DNA from: a virus
Direction: 5' to 3' (one strand)
Virus record (IMG/VR): IMGVR_UViG_3300046542_000168
Span: 32,001 to 96,000 of that record
DNA: 64,000 nucleotides
Part shown: piece after piece, positions 63,073 through 64,000 of the stretch
How positions within the stretch are numbered: the first letter of the stretch is position 1
Layout: each line of letters starts with the position of its first letter
Made by a program: the position numbers and the translations under genes
The notes under the pieces: model-generated
Seen by the model: only the letters and a program-made list of their open reading frames with translations
Database searches by the model: none
What the model was told of the DNA's origin: nothing

Positions 63073-63348
63073 ATGTCGGACCAACAAAAGACCATAGCCC
63101 AGGTGGTTATGGCCCTGGTAAGCCAGGGGAAAGCCGCTGTAACGTTAGAAGGGGGCTATGCCGTCGATTATGCCGGAAAGCGTACTATGTTCGCCCCTGG
63201 TCACGTTGTATCTGAAAAGCGCAATAAAGCCGGACGTTGTACAGCCCTGGTCGTAAGCTATAAGGATAATTCTGTATTGTCCTTTACATGGTCGGAAAAT
63301 GCCGGGGCCCGTTATCAGGTTAAACCGTCGATTAAGGGGAGCAATTAA
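63073..63348 (+). CDS. Hypothetical protein
   Basis: AAGGAG SD. Confidence 0.75.
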   Translation: MSDQQKTIAQVVMALVSQGKAAVTLEGGYAVDYAGKRTMFAPGHVVSEKRNKAGRCTALVVSYKDNSVLSFTWSENAGARYQVKPSIKGSN

Positions 63349-63349
63349 A

Positions 63350-63619
63350 ATGCTAAAGGCCCATTTTATTCGCGACACTATAGACGCCGACAAAGGCGCC
63401 CCGCGTGTGGTCCGGGTTATCCTTTGCGATAATCATGGTTATCTAACGTATGCGGGGGAGTGTGGCTGCTCCCGCCAGCACGATTACCAACGCTTTGCAG
63501 TAGTCGGCACTTCCTACGGCTGGCTACATAATACCGCCGGTGATAAACGTTTCTGGCAATCTGAATCGGGCGCCCGCCATGCTCTTAAAAATTATCAGGG
63601 GGTTGACCATGCCAACTAA
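63350..63619 (+). CDS. Hypothetical protein
   Basis: GGGGAG SD before ATG 63350. Confidence 0.7.
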   Translation: MLKAHFIRDTIDADKGAPRVVRVILCDNHGYLTYAGECGCSRQHDYQRFAVVGTSYGWLHNTAGDKRFWQSESGARHALKNYQGVDHAN

Positions 63620-63950
63620 TAAACCTTTGCAGGCCGTCACCCTGTTACTTGATAGTAACCGTGGGGTTTATATCCCGCGTGACTTCCTGGCCCCTGGTAC
63701 TAACTTGCCAGACTGGGACCACTGCCAATCCTGGGGCCTTACTTCTGAAAATCAGGGGCAATGGATAGCAGCTTGTCACCCTGGGAACGATGCCTACTGG
63801 GACGCCTGGACCTGGATTCTGGACAATGCCGAGTTTAAAGACGCAGACGGCAACTTATACCGCTTGCATCATGACGGGGATTTGTTCGGCTTGTGTTATG
63901 AGCGTATGACGCCAGAAGAGCGTGCGAACTTCGGATTTGATGAGGATTAA
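63609..63950 (+). CDS. Hypothetical acidic protein
   Basis: AGGGGG SD; LLDSNRGVYIP..YWDAW..ILDNA..L.HDGDL. Confidence 0.72.
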   Translation: MPTNKPLQAVTLLLDSNRGVYIPRDFLAPGTNLPDWDHCQSWGLTSENQGQWIAACHPGNDAYWDAWTWILDNAEFKDADGNLYRLHHDGDLFGLCYERMTPEERANFGFDED

Positions 63951-64000
63951 AAAATGGCTAGTACTTCAGCCCCTGGGCAGGCTCGCAAGCCGGTAAACGT

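Overview
64-kb slice of a large tailed-phage genome with lambda/T1-like siphovirus morphogenesis genes. The host is most likely Pseudomonas, inferred from two MvaT/TurA-family genes. Layout from left to right: (1) 1-9.8 kb, leftward auxiliary-metabolism operon (Prs-like + NAMPT-like pair matching the NARP1 NAD+ reconstitution arrangement, macro domain, metallophosphoesterase, SleB-like hydrolase, dCMP deaminase, ClpP-like, PhoH); (2) 9.8-11.5 kb, divergent promoters and an AT-rich TCTATT repeat array; (3) 11.5-16.6 kb, an RNA-rich operon with a coiled-coil protein gene followed by a ~310-nt structured RNA carrying a 7-nt-periodic loop, 21 tRNAs covering all 20 amino acids, a circularly permuted tRNA-like element, several other structured spacers, a 2OG-Fe(II) oxygenase and an antisense-oriented MvaT gene; (4) 16.6-49.8 kb, packaging, head, tail and lysis module with a duplicated tail-tube gene, a mosaic 2155-aa gpJ and three paralogous fibres; (5) 49.8-56.5 kb, small membrane proteins, an orphan HicA-like gene and an SPFH protein; (6) 55.9-61.5 kb, a plasmid-type maintenance module (iteron-like repeats, RepL-like initiator, ParA + RHH partner, centromere-like DNA, three promoter-sRNA-terminator units including one under tandem LexA boxes, and a second MvaT), suggesting a phage-plasmid; (7) 61.5-64 kb, repeats/operators and CCWGG-rich early-type genes. 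The best candidate for an undescribed system is the coiled-coil protein plus heptamer-repeat RNA at 11538-12480. All family calls come from motif recognition by eye; no searches were run.
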